Positions 7,688 to 14,692 of a stretch of DNA of 14,692 bases are shown here, one piece after another (within the stretch, counting starts at the first letter, position 1; every line of letters begins with the position of its first letter). Below the pieces are notes generated by a model. That model searched no databases and was not told the DNA's origin. It saw nothing but the letters and a program-made list of their open reading frames with translations. Position numbers and translations under genes: made by a program. The stretch comes from Candidatus Nanohalobium sp. Its GTDB lineage: Archaea; Nanohalarchaeota; Nanosalinia; Nanosalinales; Nanosalinaceae. The stretch covers positions 10,978 to 25,669 of the forward strand of contig JBDGSL010000014.1 in the NCBI GenBank assembly GCA_042217555.1, given 5' to 3'.

Positions 7688-10600
7688 ATGAAGAATTGGC
7701 CAGTCCAAAAATTTATTATTTTAATTTTGCTAGTGCTGTTTCTGGCAGCCAGTGGGTCGGCTAAAGTATACCTGCCTCAGACCTTTGGAAACGATTACCC
7801 ATTAGTTTTTCACTGGGAACAGTCTGACTCTGTAGATGCTCATATCGCCTCGAGAACAGGTTCAAACTCATTCAGCGATGTTAGTAAGTTTGAGAAGCCT
7901 TACAGCATTGGTCCGCCCGGGGATTACGATGGAGATAATAAGATAGAGTATGCTGTCAGGTCACAGAATACAGATAATAATGGGAACTATCTCCGGTTTT
8001 ATGATAGAAATGGAAATCAGGACTTTTCTCTGAATATCAAGCCAAAGTCAGGATCAATGCTGTCCTCGGGTTATTTAGATAAGGATGGAAAGACCGATTT
8101 ACTCTTCCTGAATCAAAATGGTTACATGAGTGCGGTGGATTCTGATGGAGAGTCCAAAGAGTACACGATAAGTAGTTTCGGAGACCCTATAGATGTGGCG
8201 GACATCGATACTGATGGTGAAGAGGAGATAGTTTACTCTGATTCGAGCGCAAACGTAAAATATTACAATATCGGCTCTCAGACTTCTAATAACATCGATC
8301 CAGGCAACGACAAGGCAGACAGTTACTCGAATCTGGCGGATGTTGATAAGGATGGAAAGCTGGAATATGCCTACTCAACAGGTTCTTCCACTGTTTACAC
8401 TGCAGATATAAATGGCCAAGATCAGCAAGTTGGAAGTCTCAGCTCTGCGAAGGTCACCCCGGAAGCAATTTACTACACGGGAACCCGGATGAAGTTTTTC
8501 GTCGCAGGCAACAGCAACAATGTAGAGGTGTGTACATTGAGTAACTGCAACGGCGCCAGCCGGAAGTCCTCGGGTGCGCGCTCCGTCATTCCGCCGATAA
8601 CGAAAAAACCGGCGACCAATGCCTCCAACGGGAAGATCAAGCAGGGAAAGACGATTTCTGTCAAGTTCAATGTGACGGATTGGGAGGGATACTCTGATAT
8701 CGAAAATGCAACCGCCAGAGCCAATTTCACCAACCCGGACGAATCAAACTACAAAGTCGTGAACGGTTCCGAGATAACCTCTTCTTCAGGTATACCAGGT
8801 TCCACAAGCAACGGGAACTTTGTACCGGACAACGGCACATCAAAAGCCTTCGAGGCAACCTACCGGATCCCACAGAATGCAAAGACAGGAACCTGGAACG
8901 TCACAGTCCGTGTCAAGGATGAAAAGATGACAGGTACGAAGAACTGGACTACTTTCCAAGTTGAGAAGGCCTTGGTGGAGAAGAATGTTTCGCAGAGTAT
9001 TTCTATGGGTAGGAAGGATACTTCTAGGCAGACTTCTCTTGGTAAGTCTCAGGTTACCGGTTTGAGTTTTGCATCTACTGGTTTAACCGAGTCTTTTACG
9101 AATCGTTTGTTGAGTGAGTCGCTCGGTTTTTCTTCTGGAAAGGATAGGAATCAGAGTCTGGATAAGAATCTGGTTACGGGTATGGCTTTTTCCAGGTCCG
9201 GTTCGAATTTTAAATCTACATTCCCTGTTCTTTCCTCGAGTATTGTTACAGGTTCAACCGTATCTGATATCTACTCTACTGCTGTGAAGTTGACCTCGGA
9301 TTTTGACCTTTCGGATTCTCCTTCAGGCACAGCAATCTTCTATGGTTCAGTCACTGAGACCTTCGGCCTTGATATTTCACAGGGCAAAGGCATCGTTCAG
9401 AGAGCACTTGAGTTGATCCTGGGAGTTTCACCAAGCGAAGGAAGGTCGACGGATGTGGATAGGTTGAGTAATACAAATCTAGATGTAGGTTCTTCGACAC
9501 CCACCGGTCTCGCATTAGCCAGGTCATTTAATTCCGGATTAACATTTGCTCCACAGATACAGATTCAGCAAAATATACTGAGATTGTTTGGACTTGATGT
9601 CAGACTTGAATCCAGTCAGTTCAGAGACCAGAGTCTACAGAGATCGGAGAATAACACTATAACAGGTTCTTTCAGTTCATCCCGTTTTGTTTCAGTTGGC
9701 AGGCTTCTTTCAGAAACCTTTTCTCAATCTCTCGGTTTTTCAAGAACTGATAGTTTTTTCTTCAGGGATTCTACTCAAGGGATATCGGCTTCTGGAAGCT
9801 TTGAAGGTCTTACTGGAAGAACTCTAAGTTACACTATCGGAGTTGCCTCTGATCCTATAAGGTCAGGCGCAGAACTTACAAGGATGCTGTTTTCGGATCT
9901 TATCGCAGGTAATTCGGCCTCAAAAGGTTCAAGCTTTTTCAGAGGAAGCAATCAGAGTTTGAACGCTATGAGCGGCTTTTCCAGTACCGGGATGTTCTTC
10001 GGCTCTGCCACTCAGGCTCTGTCAATAGGCCAATCCTTTATGGGCTCACCCAATATTTTCAGATCCCTTACAGAGATGTTGGTCGTAGGTGATGGTCGGA
10101 ACTCAAAGACCCTCTTCGGAAGAACTGAGGCCCAGGGAATTGATTCTTCCGCCCGGTTTTCAAGAAGTAATTCTGTTTCAAGAATATTCAATACAGGTAT
10201 CTCGACTACACCAACTTTCCAGGTATTTGACGGAGTTATAGTTCTCTTAGACCAGATGATAGGAGTAGGTGGGCAGCAAGGCGATGTGATGGAAAGTTCT
10301 CGCAGTCAGGAAACTTCGATAGGTGCTTCCACAGGTATTTCTACAAGCCAGATGGTCTTCAGATCCTTCACCCAACCAATTGTAGCGAGTGCTGGCCCTC
10401 CTTTCTTGGACTTAGGGTTTATAGATAATTTAGTCAATGATGTAACCTGTAGAATTTTTGGCCAGGAATCCAGATTCTGTGAAAGTAGTGACGGCCAGAA
10501 TAATCAAGGATCCAGCACTGGTGGAGCTTCAGGAAGTTCTGGCTCCAGTGGAGGAGGTATTGGAGGTATAGATACTGGAGCCAGCTCAAAGAATGAAAGC

Positions 10601-11626
10601 AAAAATGGTAAACCTTCTGGGAAAAAGGGAGATGAGAAAGTATCTAAAGACGAGAATAATCCAAGTGAAGATGTCAAGAGGATCGAGGCAAGTCTCAAAC
10701 CACCTGAAGAAAGAAATAAGGTTGAAAAGATAGAAAAGAGCTTAGAAAACCTAGATAAAGGTCAGAAGGTAGTTGTAGAGACAACAGAGAATCCTGCCGA
10801 GAGTTCAAGTCAATCCTCTGGTAGCAGTATCGAAGAAGATGCGGACATGCTTGGGGTGGAGAAACTCAGTTTCGAGGCAGGCGAAGCTGAAAATCAAACA
10901 GAGTTAGAAGTCAAGACTGTCGAAAGCTCTGGAAAATTAAATCTAAGTACAGAGAATAATAAAATCTACGAGGCAACCCGTGTCTCGACAGAGATTGACA
11001 CCGCCAACGCTACTCTGGTCTATGAAGTAGGGAAAGAATTTTTGTCCAGAAATAATGCTTCAAAAGACGAACTAGTTGTTTCAAGATGGGAAAACAGTAC
11101 TAAAATCCAGGAACTATCTACAGAGATTGTAAATGAATCCTCAAATAATATTATTGTTAAAGCTTATTCGCCTAGAGGCTTCTGTACGTTCACAGTCGGA
11201 CTTGAGCAGCAAACTATTGAAGAACTTGCAGGAGACTCAGATAAAATCCTGACTCTGCCAAAAATACCGGTTACGAATGCCTTGAAGCTACTCCTGTTTG
11301 TTTCAAGCCTCTACTTGCTGAGAAAACCTTTGATAGTCTACCTTTCCACCTTAGATATTCGGTTAAAGTACCTGGTAGAAAACGCCAGATATCGGCTTTT
11401 CAAGTACTACAGAAGGTTTATCTGGAAGAGGAGGTCTGATGTGGGTGTAGAAGAACTTGAGCTAACGGAGGATGTGAGTTCTCTCGAGAATCAGAAAGAA
11501 GCTTTGAAGTTCCGTAAGAATAAACTTCAGAAAGAAGTTGAAAGGAAAAAAGAGCTTAGAGACAAATACAGGAGAAGCCTATCCTTGCTCAGTGAAAAAG
11601 TTGAGAAATGGGAGGAAAAGCTTTAA
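7688..11626 (+). CDS. Large type-I membrane surface protein: signal peptide, FG-GAP/VCBS-like Ca-binding blades, Ig-like domain, 24x20-aa repeat stalk, Gly/Ser linker, PGF-pre-PGF domain, TM helix, coiled-coil tail
   Basis: Signal MKNWPVQKFIILILLVLFLAASGSA; GDYDGDNKIEY, GYLDKDGKTDL, ADIDTDGEEEI, ADVDKDGKLEY; IPQNAKTGTWNVTVRVKD; NATLVYEVGKEFLSRNN...VVSRWE...LSTE...YSPRGFCTFTVG; hydrophobic LLLFVSSLYLL; heptad-rich C-terminus. Confidence 0.92.
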   Translation: MKNWPVQKFIILILLVLFLAASGSAKVYLPQTFGNDYPLVFHWEQSDSVDAHIASRTGSNSFSDVSKFEKPYSIGPPGDYDGDNKIEYAVRSQNTDNNGNYLRFYDRNGNQDFSLNIKPKSGSMLSSGYLDKDGKTDLLFLNQNGYMSAVDSDGESKEYTISSFGDPIDVADIDTDGEEEIVYSDSSANVKYYNIGSQTSNNIDPGNDKADSYSNLADVDKDGKLEYAYSTGSSTVYTADINGQDQQVGSLSSAKVTPEAIYYTGTRMKFFVAGNSNNVEVCTLSNCNGASRKSSGARSVIPPITKKPATNASNGKIKQGKTISVKFNVTDWEGYSDIENATARANFTNPDESNYKVVNGSEITSSSGIPGSTSNGNFVPDNGTSKAFEATYRIPQNAKTGTWNVTVRVKDEKMTGTKNWTTFQVEKALVEKNVSQSISMGRKDTSRQTSLGKSQVTGLSFASTGLTESFTNRLLSESLGFSSGKDRNQSLDKNLVTGMAFSRSGSNFKSTFPVLSSSIVTGSTVSDIYSTAVKLTSDFDLSDSPSGTAIFYGSVTETFGLDISQGKGIVQRALELILGVSPSEGRSTDVDRLSNTNLDVGSSTPTGLALARSFNSGLTFAPQIQIQQNILRLFGLDVRLESSQFRDQSLQRSENNTITGSFSSSRFVSVGRLLSETFSQSLGFSRTDSFFFRDSTQGISASGSFEGLTGRTLSYTIGVASDPIRSGAELTRMLFSDLIAGNSASKGSSFFRGSNQSLNAMSGFSSTGMFFGSATQALSIGQSFMGSPNIFRSLTEMLVVGDGRNSKTLFGRTEAQGIDSSARFSRSNSVSRIFNTGISTTPTFQVFDGVIVLLDQMIGVGGQQGDVMESSRSQETSIGASTGISTSQMVFRSFTQPIVASAGPPFLDLGFIDNLVNDVTCRIFGQESRFCESSDGQNNQGSSTGGASGSSGSSGGGIGGIDTGASSKNESKNGKPSGKKGDEKVSKDENNPSEDVKRIEASLKPPEERNKVEKIEKSLENLDKGQKVVVETTENPAESSSQSSGSSIEEDADMLGVEKLSFEAGEAENQTELEVKTVESSGKLNLSTENNKIYEATRVSTEIDTANATLVYEVGKEFLSRNNASKDELVVSRWENSTKIQELSTEIVNESSNNIIVKAYSPRGFCTFTVGLEQQTIEELAGDSDKILTLPKIPVTNALKLLLFVSSLYLLRKPLIVYLSTLDIRLKYLVENARYRLFKYYRRFIWKRRSDVGVEELELTEDVSSLENQKEALKFRKNKLQKEVERKKELRDKYRRSLSLLSEKVEKWEEKL
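8978..10417 (+). repeat. 24 degenerate 20-aa tandem repeats (480 aa)
   Basis: Units such as NRLLSESLGFSSGKDRNQSL, ARSFNSGLTFAPQIQIQQNI, FRGSNQSLNAMSGFSSTGMF, FRSLTEMLVVGDGRNSKTLF, SRSQETSIGASTGISTSQMV. Unit lengths are 18-21, mostly exactly 20. Confidence 0.85.
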
Positions 11627-11628
11627 AG

Positions 11629-12117
11629 TTAGAGCTTCTCATCCATTTCATCCGCCTGAGTTTCAAACTTGTTAATCAAGTTCTCTGTATCTGCAAGAGA
11701 GCTTTCCAGTGAATCTCTCTCATCCTTAAGCTCTGAAATTCTTTCTTGCTTGTTTTCAAGTTCGGATTCAAGCTCTCCCTCCTGCTGTTCCTCCTTTTTA
11801 ACCTGGCTTTCAAGTTCGTCTATCTTATCTTTCTTCGTGTCAAGAGACTCTTCAAGGTCTTCCTTCTGGTCTCTCAGATGCCCCACTGTATCAGTTAGCT
11901 CCTCATTCCTGCTCTTTTCTTCTTCCAGTTTCTCTTCCAGTTCTTCCTTCTTAGCCTTCAAATCTTCTACCTTTGAAGCCTCCTCATCAAATTTCTGAAT
12001 CAGTTCCTGTAGATCCTGAGCCTGCTTACTTGGATGTTTTTTACTTTCGTGGATGTGAAGAGCTTTTTCAGAGTCGAAAGTTTCCTGACATACCGTGCAA
12101 GTGTGGTTATCAGACAT
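11629..12117 (-). CDS. C2H2 zinc-finger plus acidic coiled-coil protein
   Basis: CTVCQETFDSEKALHIHESKKH followed by about 125 aa of E/K/L heptads. ATG 12117 preferred because a TATA-like TTTTATTTAAA lies at 12146-12136. Confidence 0.88.
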   Translation of the reverse strand: MSDNHTCTVCQETFDSEKALHIHESKKHPSKQAQDLQELIQKFDEEASKVEDLKAKKEELEEKLEEEKSRNEELTDTVGHLRDQKEDLEESLDTKKDKIDELESQVKKEEQQEGELESELENKQERISELKDERDSLESSLADTENLINKFETQADEMDEKL

Positions 12118-12155
12118 AAAAAGCATCTATACTACTTTAAATAAAATTGTCGGGG

Positions 12156-12431
12156 CTAATTTTTTAGCCTCTTCATCTCGTTTTCTATTGCCTCGACCTG
12201 TGACTCGATCTCTTGGATATCCAGTTTTTGCGACGATTCCAGGGAGTTATCGGCAGTTAATTCGGATTTGTTTATCTTGCCGATCCGGATCTCGTGTTCA
12301 ATAAACTCCTCCATCTCTGTCAAAAGTTTTACAAGAGCCATGTTCGAATGAAGAAGCTTGTTTCTCTCCCTTTTCAACCTCTCTACTTTTCTATCAAGCT
12401 TTTCAAGTTTATCATTGAGGTTTTCTGTCAT
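12156..12431 (-). CDS. Small coiled-coil protein
   Basis: 91 aa with heptads LEKLDRKVERLKRERNKL and IQEIESQVEAIENEMKRL; co-oriented between the two zinc-finger genes. Confidence 0.75.
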   Translation of the reverse strand: MTENLNDKLEKLDRKVERLKRERNKLLHSNMALVKLLTEMEEFIEHEIRIGKINKSELTADNSLESSQKLDIQEIESQVEAIENEMKRLKN

Positions 12432-12455
12432 TGCATTAATCTGCTCTTGCCAGTC

Positions 12456-13061
12456 TTAGAGCTTTGAAATTCTGTTGTAGAGCCTGTTGATTTTTTCCCG
12501 CATTTCTTCTTTCTTTTCCTTGAACTTCCCTACTTCTTCGCTAATTTCTTCTTTTTCCTTCTTTAATTCTCTAATCTCCTCTCGTAAGTTCTCTGTGTCT
12601 TCTTCAAGTTTTTGTTTACGCTCCTTGAGTTCTTCTAATTCTCTCTCTTCTTCCTTTCTGAGCTGTTTATCTGAGTTAACCTGTTCCTCTATCTCTTCTT
12701 CTTTGTCTCTTAGTTCCTTCACCTTTTTCCTTAATTCCTTTCTTTTATTCTGGACCCTTAGCGATTCTTCGAGTGTTTCCTCGATCTCATCTATAACTTC
12801 GATCTTGTCATCCAGATCGTCTACGGATACTTCTTCCGTCTGAAGAAACTCTAAAACATCTTCGCGGCCAGCCAGTTTTTGTTCAGCTTCCAGTAGTTCT
12901 TTCTTATCGAAGCTGCTCTCTTCGAATTGATCTTTTATATTTTCAGGAGAGTCATCCAGAAACTGTCTGAGTTCTTTCCGTACTTCATCATGGGCTTCGG
13001 ACTGATGCACATGAAGTCCTCTCTCAGAATCAAATTCTCTCCCACAGAATCGGCACTTCAT
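12456..13061 (-). CDS. C2H2 zinc-finger plus coiled-coil protein (N-terminus paralogous to 11629..12117)
   Basis: CRFCGREFDSERGLHVHQSEAH, a short helical segment, then a long E/K-rich coiled coil; TATA-like TTTTAAAT at 13094-13087. Confidence 0.88.
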   Translation of the reverse strand: MKCRFCGREFDSERGLHVHQSEAHDEVRKELRQFLDDSPENIKDQFEESSFDKKELLEAEQKLAGREDVLEFLQTEEVSVDDLDDKIEVIDEIEETLEESLRVQNKRKELRKKVKELRDKEEEIEEQVNSDKQLRKEEERELEELKERKQKLEEDTENLREEIRELKKEKEEISEEVGKFKEKKEEMREKINRLYNRISKL

Positions 13062-13154
13062 AAATTTATACTCGTTTTACTTTTGAATTTAAAATGCCAT
13101 GGCTGAATGCAAGTTCAGGTAAGGAGACTAAATATCTGCGTATAAGTTAATATT

Positions 13155-13343
13155 ATGTTCAAGCAGCCTGTCACTCCTAATGACATTGGTACCTATTACG
13201 CCACTGAAAACGCCCAGCTACCCTCAATTAAGTGTCCAAGACGCGAATCAGTTACACCTCTTCAGAATCTTGCCTCAGATAGAAGCTGCGAGAATTGCAG
13301 TATGCGTATGGATCTAAAGCTGGTAGCGGGCAGCGAAGATTAG
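13155..13343 (+). CDS. Small protein, possibly a degenerate zinc ribbon (CPxR...CxxC)
   Basis: KCPRR-x15-CENC; ATG start with TATA-like CTAAATA about 20-27 nt upstream. Confidence 0.45.
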   Translation: MFKQPVTPNDIGTYYATENAQLPSIKCPRRESVTPLQNLASDRSCENCSMRMDLKLVAGSED

Positions 13344-13530
13344 AAAGCTTCAGAGAGCATTTCATTTAACATTTGCTCTTCAAATTGAAAGTGGAGAAGA
13401 GTTTCAAACAATACTTAACTGAGTAGCTATGGACCCGCAGTACTGTCGTGTCGGTGTTCAATATACTCTCTCCACGCAGACCTTTATCCCAATACTTTCT
13501 TCTATATCAGCATTATTAATAGTACTTGTT

Positions 13531-13698
13531 ATGGTCACGTGGAAACGGAAGATTCGGATGCCGGAAGAACAAGTTAGGATAACACTCCCGAAAAGATGGT
13601 TGGATGAACACGATCTCGGCGACAAGGACGAGATAGAAGTCGAGACTATGAAGCGAGAGTCAGCCCTGAAGATAACTATCCCTGAAAACGAGGATTGA
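13531..13698 (+). CDS. AbrB/MazE/SpoVT-family DNA-binding protein (55 aa)
   Basis: MVTWKRKIRMPEEQVRITLPKRWLDEHDLGDKDEIEV matches the archaeal AbrB pattern RK...ITLPKxW....L..(G)DE(V/I). Start moved to ATG 13531; TATA-like sequence around 13501-13508. Confidence 0.8.
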   Translation: MVTWKRKIRMPEEQVRITLPKRWLDEHDLGDKDEIEVETMKRESALKITIPENED

Positions 13699-13703
13699 GA
13701 TAT

Positions 13704-13933
13704 GTGGAAGAACTACTTCAGTCTATAGCCGAAAGCCCTGAGCAGACTATCGTAACGACACTCATAGTAGTCGTTGGCGTAATAATCTGATGAAGTTAGG
13801 CGCTGACCAGTTAGCACAGGACCTAGTGTCTATCTTCGGCCTTTTCCTTCTGGCCGGAACCGTCGGCACACTCTTCCTACTGGTAAAACTGATTCAGAAG
13901 CTATCGGGCGCAGGTCAAAAAGCTCGCGCCTGA
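13704..13933 (+). pseudogene. Frameshifted small 2-TM membrane protein, or two coupled hydrophobic micro-ORFs (13704..13790 and 13790..13933)
   Basis: GTG 13704: MEELLQSIAESPEQTIVTTLIVVVGVII*; ATG 13790: MKLGADQLAQDLVSIFGLFLLAGTVGTLFLLVKLIQKLSGAGQKARA*. The two overlap as TGATG. Confidence 0.5.
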
Positions 13934-14022
13934 GAACGATCATAAGAATCAATCTAGTTACTGCAAATCTGCAATTGATCCAAACTTAGAAGATATCTAA
14001 GAGGAGGGAAAAAGCTTTATTT

Positions 14023-14488
14023 TTACTTTTTATCCATTATTATCGCTGGTTTCCCGGGCTCAGATCTAGCTGCCTTTTCCTCAGAGGACTCAGCTTCTTT
14101 CTCAATTTCTATTTCTGCATCAAACTCGCTCTCCAAGTAGACTCTATGCTCTTCAAGCACTTTAACCTCTCTTTCTACCGAGTAAACCTCTTGCGGTATC
14201 TTTCCAGGCTCGTCAAGGTATTCCTGAAGGTAGCCCTTGATAGTGTCGGCCTTGTCTTTTCTGCCTTCGACAAGTCTGCCCATAGCTTCTCCAAAGTCTG
14301 GTCTTTTCTCTATTGCCTCTTTCATTCTTTTGAATAAGTCTCGCTTCCAGTCCTCTGCTATCACTATCTTGATTTTATTGAAGTCTTCGACTATATCTAC
14401 TACTTCTCTTATATCTTCAACTGTCTGCTCGAAGAACTGTTCTTCTTGTTCTATCTCACGATCTCTCTTGTTCTGATCGGGTTCAGGC
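14023..14488 (-). pseudogene. leuS: 3' fragment of archaeal leucyl-tRNA synthetase (C-terminal domain only)
   Basis: PEPDQNKRDREIEQEEQFFEQTVEDIREV...IKIVIAEDWKR...YLESEFDAEIEI...EKAARSEPGKPAII resembles the archaeal LeuRS C-terminus. Upstream of 14488 this frame stays open but is not LeuRS-like. Confidence 0.8.
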
Positions 14489-14692
14489 TCATTCCTCCGC
14501 CCTGTAGGTAGTAGACTGAGAACAGGTTCACGAGTAGTCCGCCGAATCCGATTGTTATTGTTGGAACTATTCCGATTTCGACAGGGTTGAGGAATCTCTG
14601 GTAGCTTTTCCAGAGGATGTATCCTGCCATCGGAATTAGTAATGCTCCGTTGAAGAATGCGGAGAGTGTTTCTATGCGGTGGAATCCGAAGT
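14451..14692 (-). pseudogene. czcD: Cation diffusion facilitator (CzcD/ZitB-like) transporter fragment, truncated after the GGGMSLN loop
   Basis: FGFHRIETLSAFFNGALLIPMAGYILWKSYQRFLNPVEI...GFGGLLVNLFSVYYLQGGGMSLN, then nine unrelated codons and TAG at 14453-14451. The expected downstream HxxxD helix is absent. Confidence 0.8.

Noticed and set aside
7552..10698. ORFs 7552..7764 (+), 8473..8733 (-), 10504..10698 (-)
   Set aside because: They overlap better supported genes in another frame or on the opposite strand.
6692..11626. Integrated provirus
   Set aside because: No integrase, capsid, portal, terminase or att repeats; the proteins carry export signals and a cellular PGF-pre-PGF domain.
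11669..12843. Ser/Phe/Leu-rich plus-strand ORFs 11669..11998, 12095..12304, 12487..12843
   Set aside because: Antisense translation of E/K-rich coiled-coil genes.
11629..13061. SMC/Rad50 or ESCRT/Cdv assignment for the coiled-coil proteins
   Set aside because: No Walker motifs, hinge or other diagnostic domain; similarity would be compositional only.
13429..13530. N-terminal hydrophobic extension of the AbrB-like ORF
   Set aside because: The AbrB pattern begins at ATG 13531, and the extension runs through an AT-rich promoter-like stretch.
13062..14022. tRNA, CRISPR array or IS element in the small-ORF region
   Set aside because: No cloverleaf, regularly spaced direct repeats, terminal inverted repeats or transposase motifs were recognisable by eye.
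14146..14476. Plus-strand ORFs 14146..14337 and 14237..14476; stand-alone GTG start at 14364 for the minus ORF
   Set aside because: The plus ORFs are antisense shadows. LeuRS-like sequence continues upstream of 14364 to about 14488, so the GTG is an internal Val codon.

Overview
Archaeal genomic window, most consistent with a halophilic DPANN lineage such as Nanohaloarchaeota. This is an inference from the acidic proteins, archaeal-type LeuRS C-terminus, PGF-pre-PGF domain, abundant N-x-S/T sequons and TATA boxes about 25 nt upstream of starts. About 13 kb is a cell-surface gene cluster. It contains (1) a >1400-aa secreted protein missing from the ORF track (<1..4208, minus; Gly-rich head, three ~190-200-aa repeats, LamG domain), (2) a membrane-anchored FGE-sulfatase/C-type-lectin-fold protein resembling DGR targets, (3) a Sec11/SipW-type peptidase, (4) an exported protein resembling phage tail-collar/fibre proteins plus a small membrane protein, (5) a ~1312-aa protein with FG-GAP-like blades, 24 cryptic 20-aa repeats, PGF-pre-PGF, a TM helix and a coiled-coil tail, and (6) three coiled-coil proteins, two with a C2H2 zinc finger. 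The right end has small ORFs (degenerate Zn ribbon, AbrB-like regulator, two hydrophobic micro-ORFs) and a broken junction where a CDF transporter gene is joined out of frame to the 3' end of leuS. All family calls come from motif recognition by eye, not database searches.
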